Source: Synechocystis sp. PCC 6803 substr. PCC-P
GTDB taxonomy: Bacteria > Cyanobacteriota > Cyanobacteriia > Cyanobacteriales > Microcystaceae
Reading direction: 5' to 3'
Assembly (NCBI RefSeq): GCF_000284455.1
Contig: NC_017039.1
Span: 150,001 to 182,000 of the forward strand
DNA length: 32,000 nt
The notes beneath the pieces were generated by a model. That model saw nothing but the letters and a program-made list of their open reading frames with translations, did no database searches and had not been told where the DNA came from. Positions 18,533 through 31,096 of this stretch are shown piece after piece; the first letter of the stretch is position 1, and every line of letters begins with the position of its first letter. Made by a program: the position numbers and the translations under genes.

Positions 18533-19921
18533 ATGAGTCCCCATTTGCTTTGTCTTCGTCCTTTGGTTGCCGCTTTAGTCTTCGGTTTGGGTTTGGGCAC
18601 TGCCCTCAGGCCCGCCCTCAGCGCTCCCAACGTGATCAACCCCGATAGTCCTACGTTGGCGACTCCCAAGGACAAAGATAGTGGTGTATCCGATAACGTT
18701 ACCCTCCTGGAAAATAGTCCCAAGGCAGTGGTGGATGAGGTATGGCAGTTAGTCAATCAGCAATTTGTTGATAAGGACTTTAACCATTCCAACTGGTTGT
18801 CCAAACGCCAGGAATTATTAGGGCGCAATTACCAGGATAATGCTGAGGCTTACCGACAAATTGGGCGCATATTGAAGGATTTGAATGACCCCTATACCCG
18901 TTTTCTGTCTCCGGAGGAATTTGCCATCCTCAGCAGTCAAACATCAGGGGAAGCTTCCGGGGTAGGAATCCGGGTGTTGATGGATAAACGTAGTAGTGAT
19001 TTGGTGGTGGTGGATGTGATGCGGGGCACCCCGGCTTTGAAAGCAGGCATTCGCCCTGGCGATCGCATTGTGCGCATCAATGGCCAACCGGCGGCTTTGA
19101 TGTCCTTGGAGCAAGCCACAGAGGCAATTCAAGGGGAGATTGGCACCGAATTGAGCCTGCAACTTTCCCGCCCCAAAAGCGGTGTTTTCAGTGTCACCCT
19201 CAAACGAGAAAATATCGAAATTGATTCTGTGACCTATAACGTCAAGGAAGAAGGGGAATTACGGGTGGGCTACATCCGCCTGGATGAATTTAGCTCCCAT
19301 TCCGCTGAGCAGATGGAAAAGGCCATTACGGAACTCAATAAAAGTCGCATTAGCGGCTATGTGCTAGACCTACGGGGTAACCCAGGGGGCTTGTTACTTT
19401 CCAGCATTGACATTGCCCGTCTGTGGCTCAACCGGGGGGAAATCGTCAGTACTATTGACCGGCGGGGAGGCGATCGCCATTTTTCAGCCAACGGCAGAAG
19501 TCTCACGGATTTACCCTTAGTGGTGTTGGTTAATGAGCGGTCCGCCAGTGCCAGTGAAATTTTGGCCGGGGCATTGAAAGAACAGGGAAGGGCCACGGTG
19601 GTGGGTACTGCTACCTATGGGAAAGGTACGGTGCAATCGGTTAACACTTTGTCCGACGGCTCCGGTTTGGCGGTTACCATTGCTCGTTACTATCCCCCCA
19701 GTGGCACCGACATTAATCGAAAAGGCATCAGTCCCGACATTCATTTGGATATTTCCAACGATACCAAGCTACAGTTTCGTAACGACCCAGAATTAATGGC
19801 CACGGAGATTGATCCGCAGTATCAGCGGGCTATTAGTGTGTTGCGCCAACATCGCCATAGCCTGGGGCTGCCGCCGGCCAAAGACCTGGGCATAGGGTTA
19901 TTGGAGCCCAGTCAACTTTAA
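18533..19921 (+). CDS. ctpB: Carboxyl-terminal processing protease (S41 family, PDZ domain)
   Basis: Signal peptide, PDZ VVDVMRGTPALKAGIRPGDRIVRING, DLRGNPGGLL, catalytic NERSASASEILAGALKEQGRATVVGTATYGKGTVQ (Ser/Lys). Paralogue letter uncertain. Confidence 0.9.
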   Translation: MSPHLLCLRPLVAALVFGLGLGTALRPALSAPNVINPDSPTLATPKDKDSGVSDNVTLLENSPKAVVDEVWQLVNQQFVDKDFNHSNWLSKRQELLGRNYQDNAEAYRQIGRILKDLNDPYTRFLSPEEFAILSSQTSGEASGVGIRVLMDKRSSDLVVVDVMRGTPALKAGIRPGDRIVRINGQPAALMSLEQATEAIQGEIGTELSLQLSRPKSGVFSVTLKRENIEIDSVTYNVKEEGELRVGYIRLDEFSSHSAEQMEKAITELNKSRISGYVLDLRGNPGGLLLSSIDIARLWLNRGEIVSTIDRRGGDRHFSANGRSLTDLPLVVLVNERSASASEILAGALKEQGRATVVGTATYGKGTVQSVNTLSDGSGLAVTIARYYPPSGTDINRKGISPDIHLDISNDTKLQFRNDPELMATEIDPQYQRAISVLRQHRHSLGLPPAKDLGIGLLEPSQL

Positions 19922-19933
19922 TCAAATTCCGCA

Positions 19934-20566
19934 CTAAAACAAATCTCGCAGGGTTTCCCAACCCAGCCCTTCCCGCACCACTTTGGGTTCTTTGTCGGTG
20001 AAATCAATAATGCTGGAAGTTTGATAGCCCGGCTCCCGGTCATCGTCAATGATGATGTCCACCAATTTGTCAAATAGGTCAAACAGTTTCGCCTTTTCCG
20101 CCATAACAAACTCATCTTGATCCGGCAAATGGGCAGAGGTGGAGATGATCGGATTGCCCAGGCTTTGCAGAATTTCTTGGCAAATAGGGCGATCGGGCAC
20201 CCTTATGCCGGTGGTTTTTCGCTTCGGCTCCACCACTAGCTTGGGCACTTGCTTGGTGGCCGGAAGAAGAAAAGTATAGGGTCCAGGTATTAACTTACGC
20301 ATGAGTCGATAGGCATCGTCCGCCACCACTGCATATTCCGCAATGTTAGACAGGGACGAACACAAAAACGTTAACGGTTTATTATTGGAGAGTTGCTTCA
20401 GTTGTCTAACCCGTTGAACGGCATTTTTATCGTTGAGGTCACAACCGATGGCATAGACCGTGTCGGTGGGGTAAAGCATAATTGCCCCCTGGCGGAGACT
20501 TTTGCAAATCATTTCCACAGTGCGTTGTTGGGGGGTTTCGGGGTGAAGATTATAAAAGGTGGCCAT
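19934..20566 (-). CDS. Sua5/YciO/YrdC family protein (threonylcarbamoyl-AMP synthase-like)
   Basis: AIMLYPTDTVYAIGCDLNDKNAVQRVRQLKQLSNNKPLTFLCSSL, KRKTTGIRVPDRPICQEIL, PIISTSAHL. Confidence 0.88.
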   Translation of the reverse strand: MATFYNLHPETPQQRTVEMICKSLRQGAIMLYPTDTVYAIGCDLNDKNAVQRVRQLKQLSNNKPLTFLCSSLSNIAEYAVVADDAYRLMRKLIPGPYTFLLPATKQVPKLVVEPKRKTTGIRVPDRPICQEILQSLGNPIISTSAHLPDQDEFVMAEKAKLFDLFDKLVDIIIDDDREPGYQTSSIIDFTDKEPKVVREGLGWETLRDLF

Positions 20567-20571
20567 TTTTT

Positions 20572-21840
20572 ATGGGTTTGATTGCCTATTTTGACTGTCC
20601 CACAGGGATTTCTGGTGATATGTGCCTGGGGGCTTTGGTGTCGGCGGGGGTTCCCCTAGAATACCTGATGGAGAAACTGGCTCCGTTGGGTTTAACAGAT
20701 GAATATCGCTTGACGGCGGGTCTGGTGCAAAAACAAGGTCAGGCCGCCACCAAGGTAGAAGTAAAACTCCTTAATGACCACCACTCCCACGGCCCTGGTC
20801 ACCATGGAATGCGTCATCTACCAGAAATAGAACAGTTAATCAAACAGGCTAATTTACCTGCTCGGGTCAGTCGCTGGAGTTTGGCCATTTTCCATCAACT
20901 GGCGATCGCCGAAGGGGAAGTCCACGGCATTGAGCCAGAGGCAGTACATTTCCATGAAGTAGGGGCCACCGATGCCATTGTGGACATTGTGGGTACCTGT
21001 TTGGGGCTGGATTATCTAGGGATCGATCAATGTTACTGGTCTGCTTTGCCCACGGGCAGTGGTACGGTGCGGGCCGCCCATGGGGATTTACCGGTTCCAG
21101 TCCCGGCGGTATTAAAACTTTGGCAAACTCGCCAAGTACCAGTTTACGACAATGGTTTGACGGGGGAATTGGTTACTCCCACCGGAGCGGCGATCGCCGT
21201 TACCCTAGCTAGCCAATTTGGCCCTAAACCCCCATTGAATCTGCACAAAGTCGGGCTGGGCGCAGGGAGTAAAGACTTCCCATTGGCCAATATTCTCCGG
21301 CTCTGGATCGGAACAGAAATTACGCCCCACAATCACCCCCTATCTTCGGAAGCTCCCTTTGGTCAACTGGAAACCATCACTGTACTAGAAACCCAATTGG
21401 ATGACATCCAACCCCAGGCAGTGGGTTATCTGCTGGAAAGTTTGCTACACCAAGGGGCGATCGATGTTTTTACCCAGGCGATCGCCATGAAAAAATCCCG
21501 CCCTGGCATTTTACTCACTGTCCTCTGTGCGCCAGAAAATCAAAATCACTGCCTCAATTTACTGTTCCGGGAAACCACTAGCCTTGGTGTGCGGGTGCGC
21601 CAACAACAACGCTACGCCCTAGAGCGGGAATGGCAAACCGTAGTTATTCCCCATGGTCCCATCCGCATAAAAGTAGCCTACGGTTATCAAGCCGGTAAAA
21701 AAATTATTCTCAATGCCCACCCAGAATTTGCCGACTGTGCCGCCCTTGCTAAAGCCACCGGCCAACCCTGGCAGTTGATTCACCAACAGGCGATCGGCGC
21801 TTGGTCAAATCTCAACAAAGAATTGTCACCTGAATCTTAA
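20572..21840 (+). CDS. larC: LarC family nickel-insertion / pyridinium-3,5-bisthiocarboxylate mononucleotide nickel chelatase
   Basis: From ATG 20572: MGLIAYFDCPTGISGDMCLGALVSAGVPLEYL..., FHEVGATDAIVDIVG, LPTGSGTVRAAHG, VYDNGLTGELVTPTGAAI, ETQLDDIQPQAVGYLLE, KKSRPGILLTVLC. Confidence 0.9.
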   Translation: MGLIAYFDCPTGISGDMCLGALVSAGVPLEYLMEKLAPLGLTDEYRLTAGLVQKQGQAATKVEVKLLNDHHSHGPGHHGMRHLPEIEQLIKQANLPARVSRWSLAIFHQLAIAEGEVHGIEPEAVHFHEVGATDAIVDIVGTCLGLDYLGIDQCYWSALPTGSGTVRAAHGDLPVPVPAVLKLWQTRQVPVYDNGLTGELVTPTGAAIAVTLASQFGPKPPLNLHKVGLGAGSKDFPLANILRLWIGTEITPHNHPLSSEAPFGQLETITVLETQLDDIQPQAVGYLLESLLHQGAIDVFTQAIAMKKSRPGILLTVLCAPENQNHCLNLLFRETTSLGVRVRQQQRYALEREWQTVVIPHGPIRIKVAYGYQAGKKIILNAHPEFADCAALAKATGQPWQLIHQQAIGAWSNLNKELSPES

Positions 21841-21938
21841 TATCAGTATGTCCGAAGCGTTAGAGAGGCATGAAGGCCCTGAAGTAAAAAACTCCCGCTA
21901 GTTCAAGCAGGAGTGCAACGAAAAGATCACTAAATGGG

Positions 21939-22883
21939 TTAGAGGGAATTAGCCCCTGCTACCACTTCCAACAATTCTTGGGTAATGGCCGCCTGCCGGG
22001 CTTTGTTATAGGACAGGGTCAAAGTCCCGATCAACTGTCCAGCGTTGTCACTGGCATTACTCATGGCTGTCATTCGAGCCGCCAACTCACTGGCGGCGGA
22101 TTCCTGCAAAGCCCGCAATAACTGGTTGGTGTTGTACAGGGGCAACAGCGCTTCCAGAATTTGCACTGGATCCTGTTCAAAAATCATATCTTGAGGAAAA
22201 CTTTCCACCGGAGCTTCCACTTTTTCCCGTTCCACTTGGAATTTGCCACCCCTGGTAATCAGGCGAAAAATCTCGTCATCAGGGGCTTCCAATCCTTGGG
22301 GAGAGAGGGGGAACAGGGTTTGTACAACAGGTTGGGAGCTAATTAGGGAGACAAACCGAGTGTAAATTAATTCCACCCGATCCACCGTTTCAGATACGAA
22401 TAGAGCCACTAGGGAATCGGCAATCTGAGCCGCTTCGGATGCATTGGGAATTTGCTCCAAATTGGCATAGCTGGCGGCTACATCATAGTCCCGCCGGCCA
22501 AAATATTGCTTGGCTTTACTGCCCACCAGTACCAGCTTGACGGCAATGCCTTGGTTTTTTAATTCCTTGGCCCGTTGCTCAGCCCGCTTAATTGCGTTGA
22601 CGTTATAACCACCGCACAAACCCCGATCGCCGGTGACCACCAGAAGGGCTACCGCTTTAGGTTCCCGCTGTTCAAACAAAGGTAATTCGGTTTCCGCAAA
22701 GGAAAGACGATTTTGTAGGTTATAAAGGACCTGGGCTAAAGCATCGGCAAACGGACGGGTAGAAAGCACCTGTTCCTGGGCACGGCGCACCTTAGCGGCC
22801 GCCACCAGACGCATCGCTTCAGTAATTTTTTTTGTATTTTTGACCGACTGAATCCGGTCACGAATCGCTTTAAGGTTAGGCAT
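21939..22883 (-). CDS. atpC: ATP synthase gamma subunit (cyanobacterial form with insertion)
   Basis: [36 protein letters not shown]...; C-terminal [23 protein letters not shown]. Confidence 0.98.
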   Translation of the reverse strand: MPNLKAIRDRIQSVKNTKKITEAMRLVAAAKVRRAQEQVLSTRPFADALAQVLYNLQNRLSFAETELPLFEQREPKAVALLVVTGDRGLCGGYNVNAIKRAEQRAKELKNQGIAVKLVLVGSKAKQYFGRRDYDVAASYANLEQIPNASEAAQIADSLVALFVSETVDRVELIYTRFVSLISSQPVVQTLFPLSPQGLEAPDDEIFRLITRGGKFQVEREKVEAPVESFPQDMIFEQDPVQILEALLPLYNTNQLLRALQESAASELAARMTAMSNASDNAGQLIGTLTLSYNKARQAAITQELLEVVAGANSL

Positions 22884-23013
22884 AGGACGTTACACCCGTT
22901 AAATTTATCTTTTTTAATGTTCTGGAGCCTAAATATGAGTCCCTAAAACCAGGGGCGGGGAAAAGTAGAGCTTAGCCCTAGCCCTTTCCCCAACTCACCG
23001 ACTTGGGCATTGA

Positions 23014-24573
<1,560 letters not shown>

Positions 24574-24585
24574 CTAAATTAACTG

Positions 24586-25143
24586 CTAGAGGGCGGTCCC
24601 AAGACTTAAACCCACCCGGCGGAGTTGACCCCGTAAACTGGAATCAAACACCTGGGAACCCACTTTGATGACAATGCCACCGAGGATGTCGCCGTCTACT
24701 TTGGTTTCTAGTTCCACCGCCTGGGCCCCGGTGAGTTGCTTAACTCTTTCCTTCACCTGATCCTTTTGGGCATCGGTGAGTTTGAGGGCGGAGGTGACCT
24801 CTGCCAAGACCGTATTGGTGAACTGCCGCAACAGGGCGAGGTACTGCTCACAAATGGCTTCGAGGAAAACAATCCGGCGTTTATCCACCAACAACATTAA
24901 GAAGTTGAGAAGATAGCCATTGCCCCCGTCCCCCAGCACGGAGCGGAGCACGGATTTTTTATCTTCGTCCTTGACTACGGGGCTAGAAAGCACCGCCGAC
25001 AGATCGGGAGAATCTTGGAGCAGGGTCAACAGAGAGCGCAAGTTGTCCCCGAAAACTTCAGTTAAATTCTGCTGTTGGGCCAATCCTATCAACGCCTGGG
25101 CGTAGGGTTCAGCAATCTTACTACTGTATAAGGAACCTTTCAT
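24586..25143 (-). CDS. atpD: ATP synthase delta subunit (gene called atpD in the cyanobacterial operon nomenclature, atpH in enterobacterial nomenclature)
   Basis: [32 protein letters not shown]..., C-terminal [31 protein letters not shown]. Confidence 0.95.
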   Translation of the reverse strand: MKGSLYSSKIAEPYAQALIGLAQQQNLTEVFGDNLRSLLTLLQDSPDLSAVLSSPVVKDEDKKSVLRSVLGDGGNGYLLNFLMLLVDKRRIVFLEAICEQYLALLRQFTNTVLAEVTSALKLTDAQKDQVKERVKQLTGAQAVELETKVDGDILGGIVIKVGSQVFDSSLRGQLRRVGLSLGTAL

Positions 25144-25682
25144 TAGCGACCTCCCAATTGGGCAATACTGCGTTCGATTAACCGATCCTGGGTGTCTTCA
25201 TTCAGGCGATCGCGCAGGTCAGCTTCAGCCTTGGCCACAGCCTGTTCGGCAATACGACGCTTGAGTTCAGCAATCACCCGTTCCTGCTCAGCTCCCAAAT
25301 CCTGGGCCGCTGCTTCCTGCATCCGCCGCAGATCCGCTTCCGTCTGGGTCGCAATTTCTTGTTTAGCCACCTCTGCCCGTTGCCCAGCTTCTTGGACAAT
25401 GCGGGCCGCTTCGGCTTTGGCTTGGGCTAGCTTTTTCTCTTCCTCCGCTAAAATCTGAGCAGATTTACGTTGGCGAGTTTCCGCTTCTTCAATGGCATCA
25501 GCAATTTTTTGGCGGCGATCGCCAAGGATTTTACCCAAGGTTTTCGGCGCATAGTAAATAATAATTCCCAGCAAAATGGCCAGGTTAAAGAGGTTGGCTT
25601 CCAGAAAATCTAAATTGATTCCAAACCCCCCTTCCCCCGCCTCATGGGCTTCGGCCGCTAGGATGAACAAGGTATTAAGCAT
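25143..25682 (-). CDS. atpF: ATP synthase subunit b
   Basis: N-terminal TM plus long charged helix, [50 protein letters not shown]. Confidence 0.97.
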   Translation of the reverse strand: MLNTLFILAAEAHEAGEGGFGINLDFLEANLFNLAILLGIIIYYAPKTLGKILGDRRQKIADAIEEAETRQRKSAQILAEEEKKLAQAKAEAARIVQEAGQRAEVAKQEIATQTEADLRRMQEAAAQDLGAEQERVIAELKRRIAEQAVAKAEADLRDRLNEDTQDRLIERSIAQLGGR

Positions 25683-25707
25683 AATGGCAACTAGATCTAT
25701 AGGGCAC

Positions 25708-26139
25708 TTATTTAATCAATTCAGGGCCTAACAATTTGTGCAAAATCTGATTACTCAGGGCCGCCACCTCCTGTTCTAAAGAACTCAGAGCCGACTGCCG
25801 TTGGGCCTCAATTTCTTGCGCCGCCGTTTCCTTTTGCCGTTGGGATTCCCGTTGGGCCTCCGCAATCTTTTCCGCCGCCAAGCGCCTAGCTTCAGCTTGG
25901 GCATCAGCGATCACAGCTTGGGACTGCCGACGGGCATCGGTAATCTGTTGCTCATACTCCTGGGTAATCGCCTTGGCCTTGGCTAACCGCTCCCGGGCAT
26001 CCTCTTCATTGGTGCGAATGTAATCAGCCCGCTCATCCAAAACCTTATTCATTGGCTTGTAGAAAATAGCATTGAGCAGGAACGCGAGAACCACGAACTG
26101 CAATGCCATCAGGGGCAGGGTGGCATCAAAATCAAACAT
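25708..26139 (-). CDS. atpG: ATP synthase subunit b'
   Basis: [55 protein letters not shown]... Confidence 0.97.
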   Translation of the reverse strand: MFDFDATLPLMALQFVVLAFLLNAIFYKPMNKVLDERADYIRTNEEDARERLAKAKAITQEYEQQITDARRQSQAVIADAQAEARRLAAEKIAEAQRESQRQKETAAQEIEAQRQSALSSLEQEVAALSNQILHKLLGPELIK

Positions 26140-26255
26140 TGTTTTACAAAAACTAGGTCAGGGATTAGCGGAATAATCCCCACAAACCCAACGCATAGCG
26201 GATTGGCGGGGGGAGGAGACGCGATCAACTCACGTCTCGGGCTACGAATCCTTCC

Positions 26256-26513
<258 letters not shown>

Positions 26514-26692
26514 TTAGCTAACAAAACGACAGTAAAGTTTAGGATTTTTGGAGTGAACTTTCGCCAGATTCAAAACATCTCTGGGAAAAGGGCAACTCCT
26601 GGGGTGAGCATTGGCCAAGGTAAGCATCGGTTAGGAGAGATCAACCGCAAGGGGTCAAACCACCATGGCCGCAGATATCTTACACCGGAGGG

Positions 26693-27523
26693 CTAATGCT
26701 CTTCACCTTCAGACTCGATCGCCTCATGGATATAGGCTCCGGCTAAAGTGGCAAACACCAAGGCCTGGATTGCACTGGTGAACAATCCCAATGCCATCAG
26801 GGGTAAAGGTACAAGTAAAGGGACCAGCAGTACAAGCACTGCCACCACCAACTCGTCCGCAAGGATGTTACCAAATAAACGGAAGCTCAGGGAAAGGGGC
26901 TTCGTGAAGTCTTCTAAAATCTTGATGGGTAAGAGAACGGGAATGGGTTGCACGTAGTTGGCGAAATAGCCCAACCCCTTCTTACGGAGACCTGCATAGA
27001 AGTAGGCCAAGGAGGTAAGCAACGCCAGGGCAACAGTTGTATTGATATCATTGGTGGGGGCTGCCAATTCAGCTCCGTCGGGGATGTGAATTAGCTTCCA
27101 AGGCAAGAGGGCCCCGGACCAGTTAGATACAAAAATAAACAGAAACAATGTGCCGATAAACGGTAGCCAAGGACGGTATTCCTTTTCCCCCAATTGGTTC
27201 CGTGCCAGATCCCGGAGGAACTCCAGCACGTATTCCATGAGGTTTTGGATGCCGCTGGGAACCCGTTGCACATTTCGCGTAGCCGCGAGGGAAGCAATTA
27301 CCAGCAATAAAATGACAAACCAAGAGGTTGCAAATGTTTGCCCGTGTAATTTGAGGTTCCCAATTTCCCAATACCACTGCTGACCCACTTCCAGGGCAGC
27401 TAGAGGAAACAAATTTAAAACACTCAAACCAGCTAACATTGTTATTCGGTGAGATTGACGGGGTAAAGAGGAAAGCTGTTGGCCCTCAACAAACCTGAGC
27501 AACCAGGAGAGGCTCCCTTGCAT
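26693..27523 (-). CDS. atpI: ATP synthase subunit a
   Basis: [51 protein letters not shown]. Confidence 0.98.
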   Translation of the reverse strand: MQGSLSWLLRFVEGQQLSSLPRQSHRITMLAGLSVLNLFPLAALEVGQQWYWEIGNLKLHGQTFATSWFVILLLVIASLAATRNVQRVPSGIQNLMEYVLEFLRDLARNQLGEKEYRPWLPFIGTLFLFIFVSNWSGALLPWKLIHIPDGAELAAPTNDINTTVALALLTSLAYFYAGLRKKGLGYFANYVQPIPVLLPIKILEDFTKPLSLSFRLFGNILADELVVAVLVLLVPLLVPLPLMALGLFTSAIQALVFATLAGAYIHEAIESEGEEH

Positions 27524-27591
27524 AAACTAGGAGGTACTGTCCTGGGGCCAAGCCAGTCCATAGCCCAGACCTTTCTTCAACCTCTCATCGT

Positions 27592-28110
<519 letters not shown>

Positions 28111-28308
28111 CTAAGCCAGAAGCGATCATATCACGCTGTCGCAACGGATTCTTAGTTTTTTGTTTTTTGCCTAGACCCCCAACAAGGACGGCAATCCCCC
28201 TGGCGATCGCCAAAGAAAATTGCCAAGATCACCTAGGTGGCTGATTCTGATCATTATCCAAGGCCTACCAGTTGCCCCTATCCCGTCCAGCGTTTTTTCC
28301 CAGCGGCT

Positions 28309-29682
28309 ATGGTTCTTCCCCCCAATTCTCCCCAGCCCGAGGTCAACGAAGCCAAAAATCCAGACGAAATTGACCAGGAAATTATTACCCATCCCAATCC
28401 CTCCCTAGCCCCGTCCGAACAATCAGAGCAAACTTGGCCAATCCATACCTGGTGGCAAAGTACTCGTCAGCATTTCCAAAATCTCCTTCCCCTGAAATAT
28501 TGGAAAAAAAAGCTTCTGGACCGCCTCTGGGTGGATGAAGCCGAAATTGCCGACATCTTGACCCAATTGCGCCGGGAATTACCCACCACGGAAGCCCTAC
28601 TGATCGGTAAACCCCAATCCGGGAAAAGCTCCCTGGTGCGGGGATTAACTGGGGCCTCCGCCGCCATTGTCGGCCAGGGTTTCCAGCCCCATACCCAAAA
28701 TACGGCCCGCTATGCCTATCCTTCCCCCGAACTTCCCCTATTAGTTTTCACCGACACCGTTGGCTTAGGAGATTTGGGCCACGACACCCAATCCCTAATC
28801 GAGGAGCTCAAGGTGGAGTTGGCGGCCCCGGGGGAAGTTAATCCAGCGACGAAAATTTTACTGCTCACGGTCAAAATTACCGATTTTGCCACCGACACTC
28901 TCCAGCAAATTATTCAGGATTTAAAAACTGCCTATCCGCAAATTCCCTGCCTGTTGGTGGTGACCTGTCTCCATGAAATTTATCCCCACCCAAGGGATGA
29001 CCATCCGCCTTATCCCCCCGACCAACCAGAAATAGAACGGGCTTTTGCGGCCATTACCAGCAATTTTGCTCCCTGGGTTGACGGAGCCGTGATGGTGGAT
29101 TTTACCAGGGAAGAAGATGGCTATAACCCTGAGTTCTATGGTCTAACGACCCTGCGCGATCGCCTGGCGGAGAGATTACCTAAAGCAGAAGCTCAAACCC
29201 TCCATCAACTTTTGGATGGGGAAACGGGTAAACGACTGGGGAACATTTACCGGGATGTGGCCCGCCGGTATATTTTGGCCTTTTCTATCATGGCGGCAAC
29301 CCTGGCCGCAGTGCCTCTCCCCTTTGCAACGATGCCAGTGTTGACGGCGCTCCAAGTTTCCTTGGTGGGACTGCTGGGCAAACTGTACGGCCAAGTGTTA
29401 ACCCCTTCCCAGGCAGGGGGAGTGGTCAGTGCCATTGCGGGGGGATTTTTGGCACAAGCAGTGGGGCGAGAACTGATCAAATTTGTGCCGGGATTTGGTT
29501 CCGTGGTGGCGGCATCCTGGGCGGCAGCCTATACCTGGTCTTTGGGGGAGGGAGCCTGCGTCTATTTTGGCGATTTGATGGGGGGGAAAAAACCAGATCC
29601 CCAAAAGATCCAAGCGGTGATGCGAAATGCTTTCCAAGAAGCCCAAAACCGATTTAAAAATCCCCCCAGTGGCCATAATTAG
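28309..29682 (+). CDS. P-loop GTPase with C-terminal membrane-associated domain (Era/YcjF-DUF697-like)
   Basis: From ATG 28309; Walker A LIGKPQSGKSSL, G3 DTVGLGD, C-terminal hydrophobic AFSIMAATLAAVPLPFATMPVLTALQVSLVGLLGKLYG, typical DUF697 pattern. Confidence 0.83.
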   Translation: MVLPPNSPQPEVNEAKNPDEIDQEIITHPNPSLAPSEQSEQTWPIHTWWQSTRQHFQNLLPLKYWKKKLLDRLWVDEAEIADILTQLRRELPTTEALLIGKPQSGKSSLVRGLTGASAAIVGQGFQPHTQNTARYAYPSPELPLLVFTDTVGLGDLGHDTQSLIEELKVELAAPGEVNPATKILLLTVKITDFATDTLQQIIQDLKTAYPQIPCLLVVTCLHEIYPHPRDDHPPYPPDQPEIERAFAAITSNFAPWVDGAVMVDFTREEDGYNPEFYGLTTLRDRLAERLPKAEAQTLHQLLDGETGKRLGNIYRDVARRYILAFSIMAATLAAVPLPFATMPVLTALQVSLVGLLGKLYGQVLTPSQAGGVVSAIAGGFLAQAVGRELIKFVPGFGSVVAASWAAAYTWSLGEGACVYFGDLMGGKKPDPQKIQAVMRNAFQEAQNRFKNPPSGHN

Positions 29683-29733
29683 GTTAGGTTCTCCCAAGGC
29701 CATGGCCACAAAAAATTGGAGCGATCACCATCC

Positions 29734-31047
29734 ATGTTCAGATTTGTTCAGGGGCAGGCCCCCCATGCCCTGCACACGTTGGGAACGGGGGCGGCACTTA
29801 GTTGGTTTAAAAGTATTTGTCTGATTTTGGCGGATAACCAGATTCAGTGCCGTGTTTGGGCTAAGTTTAATGGGCAATCCCCCTGGCAAAAGGCGATCGC
29901 CGACTATAGTCAAACGGGGTTATTGAGCCATTTATATTGGTGTCGTTCCGGGGGGGAACCGGGGCCGGTGGCGGGATTGGGACTGAACCTAAAAACAACT
30001 ATCAGTCCATTGCTTTTAGAAGTTGATACCCATTGGCACGGGGAAAGTTTTTTTTGTTTTCTCAGTTCGGACATCAGCCTGTTAATTTTGCTGAATGAAT
30101 CCCCAGAAAACCCCAAAGTGGTAAATATTTTGCAAAGCTTTTCCCCCCGGTTGATTGGACATTTTTTGAGTCAACTAAAGCAATTATTGGTGGTGGCGGA
30201 CGATTTACCAGTGGATTTGTTCGCAACGGAAGAACTCCCCCCCAGCGCTGATTTAGATCTGGTTAACCAATTGGTGCAAGGGATGGGACCACCCCTTAGA
30301 AAAAGTACGGCCGATGATCCTAAGCCGTCAAATTACACGGCGATCGCCAACTCCTTTGGAATTAGTTTAATTAGAGAATTGGGTATTCCCCTGACCAATG
30401 CGAAAACAGCTTTACAATTGCTGGAATCTTTTCAACAAAAAAAGGAACTCCGCCAGCGATATTTAGACTTAATTAGGCAAAACTGCGATCGCCAAACGGA
30501 TTTGATCACTGGCTTGCAGGACTTGTTGGAAATTGATGCCACTGCCCCCTCCCCGGAATCGGTGCCCATTGCCGATTGCATTAGGAGTGTAATCGGTATT
30601 TACCAACCCATTGCCGCTGAAAAATCAATCACCTTAAATTCCACTGTGGTAGAAAACTGTCCTCCAGTGGCCTGTTCTCGGGCGGATTTGCAAGCCATAC
30701 TGCAAAGATTGCTGGAAAATGCCCTGCAATTCACTGACCCTGGGGGGCAGGTACAAATTAAAGCCTATCACCAGGGATTTCAGGTGGAAATTGTGGTGAA
30801 TGATAATGGTTGTGGCATTGCCATGGCGGACATTCCCCATTTATTTGATTGTTTTTTCCGGGGTCAAAATACGTCCTCGGCAACCCAGGGAGCGGGGCTT
30901 GGTTTGACCATTGTCCATCGCCTAGTGGAACGTTGGAGCGGCAAAATTACTGTCCACAGTCGCCCCAAACAAGGTAGTAATTTCCACATTTTTTTGCCAG
31001 CTATGGTGGATAATTCCCTCGGCCACCGTTTTGTCCTCAGTAACTAG
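29734..31047 (+). CDS. Histidine-kinase-like protein with intact HATPase_c and atypical H-box
   Basis: N-box LQRLLENALQFTDPGG, G1 VVNDNGCGIA, F/G2 GQNTSSATQGAGLGLTIVHRLVERWSGKITVHS; H-box position reads LIRELGIPLTNAK. Start at 29734 (MFRFVQGQAP) is likely. Confidence 0.85.
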   Translation: MFRFVQGQAPHALHTLGTGAALSWFKSICLILADNQIQCRVWAKFNGQSPWQKAIADYSQTGLLSHLYWCRSGGEPGPVAGLGLNLKTTISPLLLEVDTHWHGESFFCFLSSDISLLILLNESPENPKVVNILQSFSPRLIGHFLSQLKQLLVVADDLPVDLFATEELPPSADLDLVNQLVQGMGPPLRKSTADDPKPSNYTAIANSFGISLIRELGIPLTNAKTALQLLESFQQKKELRQRYLDLIRQNCDRQTDLITGLQDLLEIDATAPSPESVPIADCIRSVIGIYQPIAAEKSITLNSTVVENCPPVACSRADLQAILQRLLENALQFTDPGGQVQIKAYHQGFQVEIVVNDNGCGIAMADIPHLFDCFFRGQNTSSATQGAGLGLTIVHRLVERWSGKITVHSRPKQGSNFHIFLPAMVDNSLGHRFVLSN

Positions 31048-31096
31048 GTTTTACGCTCTGATGTCGTGATTTGTGGGTCTTGATCCGCCGTTGCCA

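Noticed and set aside
18533-18756. Minus-strand ORF 18496..18756 opposite the protease start
   Set aside because: Shadow of the signal-peptide coding region of the S41 protease on the plus strand.
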